The translations under genes and the position numbers were made by a program. From the human T2T-CHM13v2.0 reference genome, Homo sapiens, in assembly GCF_009914755.1 (NCBI RefSeq), contig NC_060926.1: 64,000 nucleotides of DNA, one strand, 5' to 3'. Shown piece after piece: positions 1 through 11,132 of the stretch. How positions within the stretch are numbered: the first letter of the stretch is position 1; each line of letters begins with the position of its first letter. The notes under the pieces are model-generated. The model saw nothing but the letters and a program-made list of their open reading frames with translations. It made no database searches and had not been told where the DNA came from.

Positions 1-639
1 AGGAGCAGTATTGCTGCCAGCGTGTCCCACCTCCAGGCCTAAGGCGGTTTTACCCTATCTCAGTAGATGGAATATACAATCGGGCTTTACACTGAGACAT
101 TCCATTGCCCAGGGAGGAGCAGGAGACAGAAGCCTTCCTCTTATCTCAGCTGCAAAGAGGGGTTCCTTCCTCTTTTACTAATCCTCCTCAGCACAGACCC
201 TTTACGGGTGTCGGGCTGGGGGACGGTCAGGTCCTTCCCTTCCCACAAGGCCATATTTCAGACTATCACATGGGGAGAAACCTTGGACAATACCTGGCTT
301 TCCTAGGCAGAGGTCCCCGCGGCCTTCAGCAGTGTTTTGTGTCTCTGGGTACTTGAGATTAGGGAGTGGTTTGAGATTAGGGAGTGGTGGTGACTCTTAA
401 CAAGCATGCTGCCTTCAAGTGTTTGTTTAACAAAGCACACCCTGCACCACCCTTAATCCACTTAACCCTAAATTGACAGCACATGTTTCAGGGAGCACAG
501 GGTTGGGGGTAGGGTTACAGATTAACAGCATCTCAAAGCAGAAGAATTTTTCTTAGTACAGAAGAAAATGGAGTCTCCTATGTCTACTTCTTTCTACACA
601 GACACAGTAACAATCTGAACTCTCTTTCTTTTCCCCACA
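1..639 (-). mobile_element. HERV-K(HML-2) LTR5 (LTR5A/5B-like), cut by the window start
   Basis: The reverse complement from 639 reads TGTGGGGAAAAGAAAGAGAGTTCAGATTGTTACTGTGTCTGTGTAGAAAGAAGTAGACATAGGAGACTCCATTTT, the LTR5 U3 start. No internal ERV sequence lies to its right. Confidence 0.9.
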
Positions 640-714
640 CAAAAATATCCAGAACTCTACATTTTCGGTTTCTCACCATCCATTATTGTCTTTTGTATAT
701 AAAATGTTTAGTCA

Positions 715-3343
715 CCAGTACTATGTTGAATAGAAATGTGAGAGTGGGCATCATTGTCTTGTTCTAGTTCTCAAAGGGAATGCTTTCAATTTTTCCCCAT
801 TCATTATTATGTTGTCTGTGGGTTTGTCACAGATGCTTTTTGTTACATTAAGGTATGTCCCTTCTATGCTAATTTTACTGAGGGTTTTAATCATAAAGGG
901 ATGCTGAATTTTGTCAAATGCTTTTTCTGCATCTATTGAGATGATCAGGTGATTTGTGCTTTTAATTCTGTTCATGTGGTGTATCATGTTTATTGACTTG
1001 CATATGTTAAACCACCCCAGAATACCTGGTATGAAACCCACTTGATCATGGTAGATTATCTTTTTGATATGCTGTTGGATTCAGTTAGCTAGTATTTTGT
1101 TAAGGAATTCTGCATTTCTATTCATCAGGGATATTGGTCTGTAGTTTTCTTTTTTTGTCATGTCCTTTTCTGATTTTGGTATTAGGGTGATACTGGCATC
1201 ACAGAATGATTTAGGAAGAATTTCTTCTTTCTCTATCTTGTGGAATAGTATCAATAGGATTGGTAACAATTCTTTCCTGAATGTCTGATACAATTCATCT
1301 GTGAATCCATCTGGTCCTGGACTTTTTTGTTGCTGTTGGCAATGTTTTTTATTACCATTTCAATTTAACTGCTTGTTATTGGTCTGTTCAGAGTTTCTAT
1401 TTCTTCCTGATTTAATCTAAGGGAGTTGTATATTTCCAGGAATTTATCCATCTCCTCCAGGTTTTCTAGTTTATGCATATGAAGGTTTTCATAGTAGCCT
1501 TGAAAGATCTTTTGTATTTCTGTGTTATTGGTTGTAATATCTCCCAGTTTGTTTCTAATTGAGCTACTTGGATCTTATCTCTTCATTTCTTGGTTCAAGC
1601 CAGAGCAATCCAACAAGAGAAAGAACTAAAGGACATCCAAATCGGTAAAAAGAAATTCAAACTGTCTCTGCTGATTATATGATCATATACCTAGAAAACC
1701 CCAAAGAACCTGCCAAAAAGCTCCTAGTCCTGATAAAGGAATTTAGCAAAGTTTCAGGATACAAAATCAATGTACACAAATCAGTAGCACTGCTATACAC
1801 CAATAGTGACCAAGCTGAGAATGAAATCAAGAACTCAACCTCTTTTGTAGTAGCTGCAAAAATAAAATAAAATACTTAGGAATATACCTAACCAAGGAGG
1901 TGAAAGACCTCTACAAGGAAAACTACAAAACACTGGTGAAAGGAATCACAGATGACACCAACAAATGGAAACACATCCATGCTCATGGATGAGTAGAATC
2001 AATATTGCCAAAATAACCATACTGCAAAAAGCAATATACAAATTCAATGCAATTCCTATCAAAATACTGGCATCATTCTTCACAAAACTAGAAAAAACGA
2101 TCCTAAAATTCATATGGGACTAAAAAAGAGCCCACATAGCAAAAGCAAGACTAAGCAAAAAGAACGAATCTGGAGGCATCACATTACCTGACTTCAAACT
2201 ATACTATAAGGCCATAGTCATCAAAACAGCATAGTACTTGTATAAAAATAGGCATATAGACCAATGGAACAGAATAGAGAACTCAGAAATAAAGCCAAAT
2301 ACTTACAGCCAACTGATCTTCAACAAAGCAAATAAAACAAAAACATAAAGTGGGGAAAGGACACCTTATTCAACAAATGGTGTTGGGATAATTGGCAAGC
2401 CACACGTAGGAGAATGAAACTGGATCTTCATTTCTCACCTTACACAAAAATAAACTCAAGATGGAAGAAAAACTTAAACCTAAGACCTGAAATCAAAAAA
2501 ATTCAAGAAGATAGCATCAGAAAAACCCTTCTAGTCATTGATTTAGGCAAAGTTATCATGACCAAGAACCCAAAAGCAAATGCAACAAAAACAAAGATAA
2601 ATAGATGAGACTTAATTAAACTAGAAAGCTATTTGATCCCATAATCCCATTACTGGGTATCTACCCAGAGGAAAAGAAGTCATTATACAAAAAAAGATGC
2701 TTGCACATGGATGTTTACAGCAGCACAATTCACAAGTGCAAAAAGAAGGAACCAGCCCAAATGTCCATCAATCCACGAGTGGATAAATTGTGAGATATAT
2801 ATACACACACACACCATAGGATATATATATATATGATATATATATCATATATATACACCATAGGAGATATATATATATATATATATATATGCTATATATA
2901 TCTTATATATATACCATAGGAGATATATATATATATATATACACACACAAACACACACACACACATATATATACACACCATAGGAATACTACTCAGCCAT
3001 AAAAAGGAACAAAATAATGCCATTTGCAGCAACTTGGATGGAATTGGAGACAATTATTCTAAGTAAAGTAACTCAGAAATGGAAAATCAAACATTGTATC
3101 TTCTCACTCATAAGCGGGAGCTAAGCTATGAGGATGCAAAGACATAATAAGAATGATACAATGGGCTTTGGAGACTCAGAGGAAAGAGTGGGAAGTGGGT
3201 GAGGAGTAAAAGACTACACATTGGGTACAGTGTATACTGCTCAGGTGATGGGTGCACCAAAATCTCATAAATCACCACTAAACAACTGATTTATGTAAGC
3301 AAACACCACCTGTTCCCCCCAAAACTATTGAAATTTTAAAAAA
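715..3343 (+). mobile_element. 5'-inverted, truncated L1PB (L1PB1-like): antisense ORF2 715-1597, sense ORF2/3'UTR 1598-3343
   Basis: Minus ORFs 751-1041 and 1081-1293 give RT motifs ([32 protein letters not shown]). Plus ORFs 1679-1870 and 2414-2608 continue ORF2. The 3' end taaaagactacacattgggtacagtgta...aaacaccacctgttcccc is L1PB type. Confidence 0.92.
2793..2985. repeat. Compound (TA)n/(CA)n microsatellite with four ACCATAGGA units inside L1PB
   Basis: Directly visible; it expands the L1 motif tatatacaccatggaatac. Confidence 0.9.
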
Positions 3344-3409
3344 GGAATAAGAAGGCTGGAAAAGAGAGGGGGGATGTTATTTTTGGAAACGTGAAGGGGA
3401 TTGCTATTT

Positions 3410-3904
3410 TGCAATGGTGGTCAGGGAAGACTCACTGAAAAATGACTTTTAGTAGACAACTTAGTGACAAAGATGGAAAAAAAAATGTGATTAAGTGAGC
3501 CCTGTTGGTACTTAGGGTACAAGTATTCCAGACAGTGCGAATCACAAGGGCAAAGGCCCTGAGGCTGAATTTGCCTGGGGTGTTAGAGAAATAAGTGTTC
3601 CACTGTAGGAAAGCTTACAGAGGGGTTAGTGGGACAGGAGCAATCACGAAGAACCTTTTGTTATTGAAAATGTTTTGACTTTTATTCTGAGAAAATATAA
3701 GCATTTAATCAGAGTAGTTGAAATGACTTGTCTTCCATTTCAAAAGTACCATCCTGACTGCTCTGTTGGGAACAGACTATAAGGGGCAAGATCAGAAGCT
3801 GGGAGACTAGATAGTAGGTGAGAGCAATGATCCAGGGGATAAGTAACAGTAACCTGGCCCAGGCTGCCTGTGGTGAGAAGGGTGAGAAGTAGCTAGACCC
3901 TGGA
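3410..3904 (-). mobile_element. L2 (L2a-like) fragment
   Basis: L2 antisense motifs gtggtcagggaagactcactga, caaaggccctgagg and ctgactgctctgttgggaacagact. Confidence 0.7.
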
Positions 3905-3906
3905 TA

Positions 3907-4234
3907 CACTGGCAATGCCTCACTTTATTGTGCTCTGCTATATTGCACATCACAGATAATGGGTGTTTCACAAATTGAAGGTTTGTGGCAACCTTGCATC
4001 AAGTAAGTCTATCAGCATTATTTTTTTCCAAAAGCATGTGCTCACTTTATGTCTCTGTGTCACATTTTGGTAATTCTTGCCTTATTTCAAGTTTTGTCAT
4101 TATTATTATATCTATTATGGTGATCTGTGATCATAATCTTTCATGTTACTGCTGTTAATTGTTTTTGGCCACCACAAACCACACTCATATAAGACAATGA
4201 ACTTAATTAATAAATGTTGTATAAGTTCTGACTG
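3907..4234 (+). mobile_element. Tigger1 5' end, truncated at an A-rich tail
   Basis: caaattgaaggtttgtggcaacc...gcatgtgctcactt...gtctctgtgtcacattttggtaattc matches the first ~330 bp of Tigger1 and stops abruptly at ttctgactg. Confidence 0.88.
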
Positions 4235-4270
4235 TTAAAAAATAAATAAATAAAATATTTAGTTCCCAAC

Positions 4271-4617
4271 TGTATTAATCTATTTTCATGCTGCTGATAA
4301 AGGCATACCTGAGACTGGGAAGAAAAAGAGGTTTAATTGGACTCACAGTTCCACATGGCTGGGGAGGCCTCAGAATCATGGTGGCAGGTGAAAGGCACGT
4401 CTTACATAGCAAGATAAAATGAGGGAGATGCAAAAATGGAAAGCCCTGATAAAACCATCAGATCTCATGAGACTTATTCACTACCATGAGAACAGTATGG
4501 GGGAAACCACCCCCTTGATTCAAATTATCTCCCACCAGGTCCCTCCCACAAAACGTGGGAATTATGAGAGTACAATCCAATATGAAATTTGGGTGGGGAC
4601 ATAGCCAAACCGTATCA
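4271..4617 (-). mobile_element. THE1 (THE1B/C-like) MaLR solo LTR
   Basis: Termini tgtatta...ccaaaccgtatca, with a perfect 5-bp TSD CCAAC at 4266-4270 and 4618-4622. Confidence 0.92.
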
Positions 4618-4959
4618 CCAACAGAGGAAACACAGGAAATCCTAACAGCTCTCTTATCATACAGTGATTTCAATTCAATTATCATTTCACTTGAATCCCA
4701 AAATATTATCCCCCCCACTTAGTGCACTTCATATGTGAAGGAAAAACATGAATAATTACCAAAACATAATTCAATCCCTTTTTCTAAATCCCTTCAAAAC
4801 AGAATAATTACCAAAACATAATTCAATCCCTTTTTAAAAATAAGGTTATGAGGATAGTTATCATAATTTCTTCTTCCAGTAACAATTCCAATTTCCTGTT
4901 GCCTTCTTCCAGAGCCTTAGGACGGTAAGTTTTTACTTGACAAAATGACCCAAACTTTC

Positions 4960-5279
4960 TTTTTTTTTTTTGAGACGGAGTCTCACTCTGTTGCCCAGGC
5001 TGGAGTGCAATGGCAATATCGGCTCACTGCAAGCTCCGCCTCCTGGGTTCACGCCATTCTCCTGCCTCAGCCTCCCAAGTAGCTGGGGCTACAGGCGCCC
5101 GCCACCGTGCCTGGCTAGTTATTTATTTATTTATTTTTGTATTTTTAGTAGAGACAGGGTTAAACCGTGTTAGCCAGGATGGTCTCGATCTCCTGACCTC
5201 GTGATCCACCTGCCTCGGCCTCCCAAAGTGCAGCCTCCCAAAGTGCTGGGATTACAGGCATGAGCCACCGCGCCTGGCC
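4960..5279 (-). mobile_element. AluY
   Basis: PolyT then a full Alu dimer; Y diagnostics gcaagctccgcc and ttcacgccattc; TSD CCAAACTTTC at 4950-4959 and 5280-5289; small internal duplication of gcctcccaaagtgc. Confidence 0.95.
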
Positions 5280-5885
5280 CCAAACTTTCATTTTTATGTG
5301 ATCTGAGTTCTTGGTTCTTTTCATTTTAATGGATTACTACGGCTTTCTGCTGACCAGGACTATTAGAAAATGGAGTATTAAGTGGTGCCCCAGTGACTCA
5401 CCCTGAATTCTTGATACAAAATTCCTTGTAGTTATTGTGTAGCAACAGTTAGGATCAATTACCTTGGCCAGTAAAGTAATCGTCTTTTCTTCTTGAGGGT
5501 TCAATGGCACGAGAAACATAAAATGTCCAGGAAGGGGAATGACATATTCTAATTTAATGTAACCATTACTTCATTTAGTAGTTAAGCATTTCTCCTTTGG
5601 GCACCAGGATCACAAAAATTAGCAGAAGCAGGGAATTAAAAATCTTTAAATATGATATTTGGTATAACCATAGCACTTTATGAACCTACAGATTTTGGCT
5701 ATGGAGAAGATGACACTCATATACTGGCCACTTCTTTGAGACTTATATTGCATCCTGTATATAAACTATTCAATTTCAAATAGGTTTTTTTTTTTTTTCC
5801 CACCTGGCACCATGTTTTATCAGGCTATCCTATTGTTTTATCACGCCAGCTACTTGGGACTGATTGTGTACTTTATAAGACTACT

Positions 5886-6105
<220 letters not shown>

Positions 6106-6208
6106 AAGACTACTGAATTCTCTAGGCACACACCTATTGCTATGATATGAGTGTCTTAATGAGAGAAAATAGTGTATAAATTACATATTAATAAGTGAGT
6201 CACTTTCT

Positions 6209-6625
6209 TTTTTCAGGTTTTTTTTTTTAATTTTGTTTTTATTTTCATTTTTATGTTCGAAACAAGGAGTACATGTGCAGGTTTGTTATATGGGAATGTT
6301 ACATGATTCCGAGGTTTGGAGTATGGATCTTGTCACCCAGATAGTGAGCATAGCACCTGATAGGTAGTTTTCTAACTCATCCTCCCCACCAGCCTCCCAC
6401 ACATAAACTTTGCAGCAGCATGGATGTAGCTAGCGGCCATAATCTTAAGTGAATTAACACAGGAACAGAAAACCAAATACCTCAAGTTTAGCTTGAGTTT
6501 AGCATATTATGTCCGTATGTGCTCAATGTTTAGCTCCCACGTACCTCAGTGTTAAGTGGGAGCTAAACACTGAGCACACATGGACACAATATGAGAATAA
6601 TAGACACTGTGGGCTACTAAAGGAA
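6209..6625 (-). mobile_element. Short 5'-inverted L1PA15/16-like 3' end
   Basis: PolyT plus antisense 3'UTR at 6209-~6402, then a sense piece ~6404-6625; 13-bp TSD TGAGTCACTTTCT at 6196-6208 and 6626-6638. Confidence 0.88.
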
Positions 6626-7384
6626 TGAGTCACTTTCTAAGTCAACAAATGATGCTAGCAGAAGAACTGTGGAAGAAGAAAAGTTATATCTTTAAAATGT
6701 ACCATTTTTTTTTTTGGAGAATAAATTGCTTCATCTTGATTATGTTGGAAGAGGTCCAATGTAATCTACTTGCCACCTAATGTTTTGTAGACCCCATCTA
6801 GGGGAAGTTTGCCTCTGCTCTGGGCTTAGATTTGATATCTTCTGTTGGTAACCTCAGAATTAGAGAATAACAAAATCAGGTTTAGTGAGAAAAAGTCATT
6901 TTTTTCTCATTCACTGCATAATATCAAGACAATACATTCTCTCCAGAACATACTATGAAAGAAAGCAGACTTGCCTTACCCTGTGAGAAACTTAAACCAT
7001 GCATATATATGCAGACATTGCATGTCTATGCAAAAACAAACTGATTCTGCTTTTGTTTGTTTTGACTGAAAGTATATGTTGGATTAATAATGCATGCCAG
7101 GTGTTAGGTACGGTATCATTCTGCTCTAACAATAGTATCATGTGTAGAAATGCAGCAGCAATTGGTATCTTACCTGAAAAAAATTTGCACAAAACCAGGG
7201 TTATTCTGGCTTTGACACTGGCCAAACAAATGAGTTTAAGTAAGAATATTTTAGGAAACACCAACCCTATATCTTTTACATATTTTATGCTCCAATTCCT
7301 GCAGTTCTCTGAGGAATATAATATTATTTTTGGTTTACTGTCTTGGGGAAAGGGCAGTAAAACAGCTCTAAGGGTTTGTTTGGG

Positions 7385-7844
7385 TTTTTTTTCTTTAAGT
7401 TTTGGGATACATGTGCAGAACATGGAGATTTGTTACATAGGTATATGTGTGTCATGGTGGTTTGTTGCACCTATCAGCCCGTCACCTAGGTTTTAAGCCC
7501 TGTATGCACCACATGCATTAGCTATTTGTCCTGATACTCTCCCTCCCCTCACACAGTCCCCACCATAGGCCCCAGTGTGTGTTGTTTCCTTCCCTGTGTC
7601 CATGTGTTGTCATTGTTCAACTCCCACTTATGAGTGAGAACATGTGGTATTTGGTTTTCTGTTGCTGTGTTAGTTTTCTGAGGATGATGGCTTCCAGCTT
7701 CATCCATGCCTCTGTAAAGGACATGGTCTCATTCCTTTTTATGGCTGCATAGTATTCCATAGTGTATAGGTACCACATTTTCTTTATCCAGTATATCATT
7801 GATGGGCATTTGGATTGGTTCCATGTCTTTGCTATTGTGAATAG
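7385..7844 (-). mobile_element. L1PA7/8-like 3' fragment
   Basis: ORF 7617-7799 is the ORF2 C-terminus (WIKKMWYLYTMEYYAAIK); degenerate TSD agctctaagggttt / agctttaagagttt. Confidence 0.9.
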
Positions 7845-8199
7845 AGCTTTAAGAGTTTTTACTTGGCTATTTGTACCAAAATAGGTCCACTACACAGAAC
7901 AAGGAATTGATGTGAAGATTCTCAATTAATAATATTTATCACTACTATAAATTTGGATGCTGGGAAAATAACCGCAAAATGATAATATACTACCACAGTA
8001 AACTCTGTGAGATAGAACCAGGCCACAATCCTTATTTCATCAACTTTACATCTCCAGATTCAAAATATAAGAAGGATAAAATAGCTTCATTTAGTACATA
8101 CTGTATCTAAAATCTTCTGAAACATTAAGGCATTTCCTACACATTAGTACACAGATACTGTAGGAAACAACCAAACATCACTTGAAAAGGCTTGGAGAA

Positions 8200-9181
8200 A
8201 AGGAACAGCTTTGTGGACATGTGACCTGTGTAGTAAGTCAGGGCCCTAAGCTCAGAAGCATCCTGTAACTAATGTTCTGCTATTGCCATCTTGAAATGTT
8301 AGTAATTTTATTTTTGCACTTGTATTTTGTGTGTGACATCTGATGAAACAATAGAATATGCATGTGAAGAAAAGTGACGCCAAATAGGCATGCCCATCAC
8401 TGTTCCATCTTCATGTAGTTTTTGCAATGTCAATAAGCACAGAACTCTGGTAGAAACATTATGCATGAGAGTTTAATGAGATTTAAAGTCAGTACCAAGT
8501 AAGTCTGCTATTGCTGCAATGGAAAAAGTGGGCTAATTAACAACCCACTATGATCTCCTTTGAAAGAGGACTTGCTTCAAATGCAGAAAAAAAAACAGTG
8601 GAGGTGTAAAAAACAAAAATAATCAAGAAACCCTATCATTCTTTCTCACTCAAGTTACTATCCTGTATTAACCAACCATTCATACTGAAAATATTGACAC
8701 AGAAGGAGAAAGATAAGGCAACCATATTTTCTTTTTCTTTCAGACCTTTTCCACTCATCAGTAAGCCAAAGGTAGAGAGAGTTGGTAGATTGTGCCCCTA
8801 TCAGGAAGTGAAATAAAAACAAGTTAGTTTCATGCAACATTTCTACTCCTGTGGTCATAGCACAATACACATTCACATACAAGATTCAAAAATTTAACTC
8901 TAAATTGTGTGATTCTGCAAATGAGTTCAATGTCTTCTATTTGTATTTAAATTTAGCATTCAAAAACATAAAGGTCAACATTAAAATTTATGTGCTAATA
9001 ATTTTATTTTATTTTATTATTTTTAAACCTAGAATGGAATTAATTAAATGGCAAATAAAAACCCCATGACAAGTTGAGAGAGATACTTTGTAAGAAAATA
9101 CTTTATATTTTAGTACTTTTAAAGACACTTTTTTCTTGCTTTTTGAACAAGGGGATCCACATCTCATTTTGCTCTGGGGCC
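8200..9181 (+). mobile_element. MER45 (MER45B-like) hAT-Tip100 element
   Basis: The 5' end gtgacctgtgtagt...cagggccct...ctcagaag and the 3' end tttttgaacaagggg...cattttgctctggggcc match MER45 ends. Confidence 0.8.
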
Positions 9182-9337
9182 AAAAGAGAAATTCCATCTT
9201 TCTTATTGAAACCAGAAAACCAAATTCTACTGTAACCTTCCCATGCCATTATCTTCTCCAGCCTACTGAAGAGCTTTGGAAGAAATCAGTGTTCTCTCTT
9301 TTCATAATGCATCTTTTATGGGCTTTGTGAATAATAC

Positions 9338-9628
9338 GTAGTGATGTATCACTAAATGACAGAATACTTTCTGAGAAACACAGTGTAAGGTGATTTCATT
9401 GTTGTGCAAACATCCTAGAGTGTACTTACACAAACCTATTTTGCATGCCCCCTTGCTCCTATACAAATCTGTATAGCATGTTATTGTGTTGTATGCAATT
9501 GTAACAGAATGATAATAGTGTACCTAAATATAGAAAAGGTACAGTAAAAATAGGATATTATAATCTTCTGTGCCCACTGTCATATATGTAATCCATCCTT
9601 CACTGAAATGTTATGTGCCACAAGATTG
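9338..9628 (-). mobile_element. Tigger3a-like MITE
   Basis: ttctgagaaa...tttcattgttgtgcaaacatcctagagtgtacttacacaaaccta...tagaaaaggtacagtaaaaat...tattataatctt. Confidence 0.8.
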
Positions 9629-10873
9629 TAGTTGGGAATTATCTAATTAGATTGCACACAATAATAAATTCCGTCATTACCAACTCCCTGGTCTTTGGAT
9701 CACTTCAGCAACATGTTCAAAAAATTTGGACATTGAAACCCCATTGACTGTATGTCATCATGTCATTCGTGAGTCAAGGCTTCTATTAACACTTATTATT
9801 ATCAAACCAACATGTTCAAACATGACATCCATATTAATAAATTTAGCCTACCCAAGTTAATGATTCAGTTTTTCTTGTTCTGTAACTTTTGAAATCCACA
9901 CATATGCTCTTCACATTGCTGTTACTACAAACTGGCAACCTGTTCCTATCTAAGCTAACTTGTTCCCAAGTAGAATTGTCCTAGAACCACTATTTCAAGA
10001 TCTCTCTCTTCCTATAGAATCCAGAAGAATGGTGGTGGGAATCAGAGAGGGGAATCCCAAGGATAATGGCATCTCACTGTGAAGCAAATGGTAGTTATCA
10101 AAGGCTTTTTTGCAGAGAAAGACTGACTGACCCCTTCATTGGGAAGGGATCCTGATACTGCCAGCAAAAAGCCTCCAGGAGGATTTATGGGTTCAATTAT
10201 ATATTTCGCTTCAGTTTGCCCAAATGTACTCACCCCATGTCTCAGGCTTTCACTCCCTCCTCAAGTCTTTCCATAACTTATTATAATAAATCTACACATA
10301 ATATAGAGTTATTTAGTGTGCTGCTACTCAATCTTTAGAATCAGGCTCTAGGTAAGCTTGATTCTGAATTTTCTCCGTTTCGACCATAGAAAAGAGATTT
10401 TATCAAAGCTGATATAGAGGCTTTCTGATTTTGTACCAGTGTGATTGTGCCTCGAAGGCCTATATTTTGACCTTTTACTTTCAAGAACTCTCAAAATTAG
10501 CCTCATAAGCCACTATCTTTGTCATCACCAACTATGATGCCATGTTACATCATAGATTACTAGTTCTCATCTCCCTTTAAAGTAACTTAACTATTCACTC
10601 CACAAATATGTTAAAAACTGAGTCTCAGAATTTCATCTGGAAAGTCTGGCAACTCCTAGTACCAGTAAAATTTTGAGAATGAAAGAGATAGCCACTCTGT
10701 ATCAATTATACACATACTGTATAAATTAAAGGCTGGTAAAAAAGACAAATAGAATAAAACATTTGATTATTTCAAAAGAAAAATGAAAAAGTTAAATAAA
10801 TGTATAAGAACAGATGAAACAATAGAAAACAATTATTAAAATGATAAAATTAAAGTACAAATTTCAGCAATTA

Positions 10874-11090
10874 CAAGTTGAGTATCCCTTATCTGAAATG
10901 CATAAGTGATTCAGATTTTGCTTTTTTTATTTTGGAATATTTGCATTATATATTTACCAGTTGAGCATCTATAATCTTAAAACTTGAATCCAAATGCTTA
11001 TTGGAGCACTATGTCATGTTGGTGCTCAAAAAGCTTTGGATTTTGGAGCATTTTGGATTTCAAATCTTTGGATTAGGGATATTCAACCTG
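10874..11090 (+). mobile_element. Tigger4a (MER46A) MITE
   Basis: TIRs caagttgagtatccct / agggatattcaacctg, with TA on both sides. Confidence 0.9.
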
Positions 11091-11132
11091 TATCTACAAG
11101 TAAGTGGATAGTTCACGTAAAAGTCAAAATTG

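Noticed and set aside
4750-4835. Repeat-spacer-repeat resembling CRISPR
   Set aside because: Only two units, the spacer derives from the repeat, the context is eukaryotic and there are no cas genes.
6999-7496. 165-aa + strand ORF
   Set aside because: It is the antisense shadow of the ERVL RT remnant running into an L1 tail.
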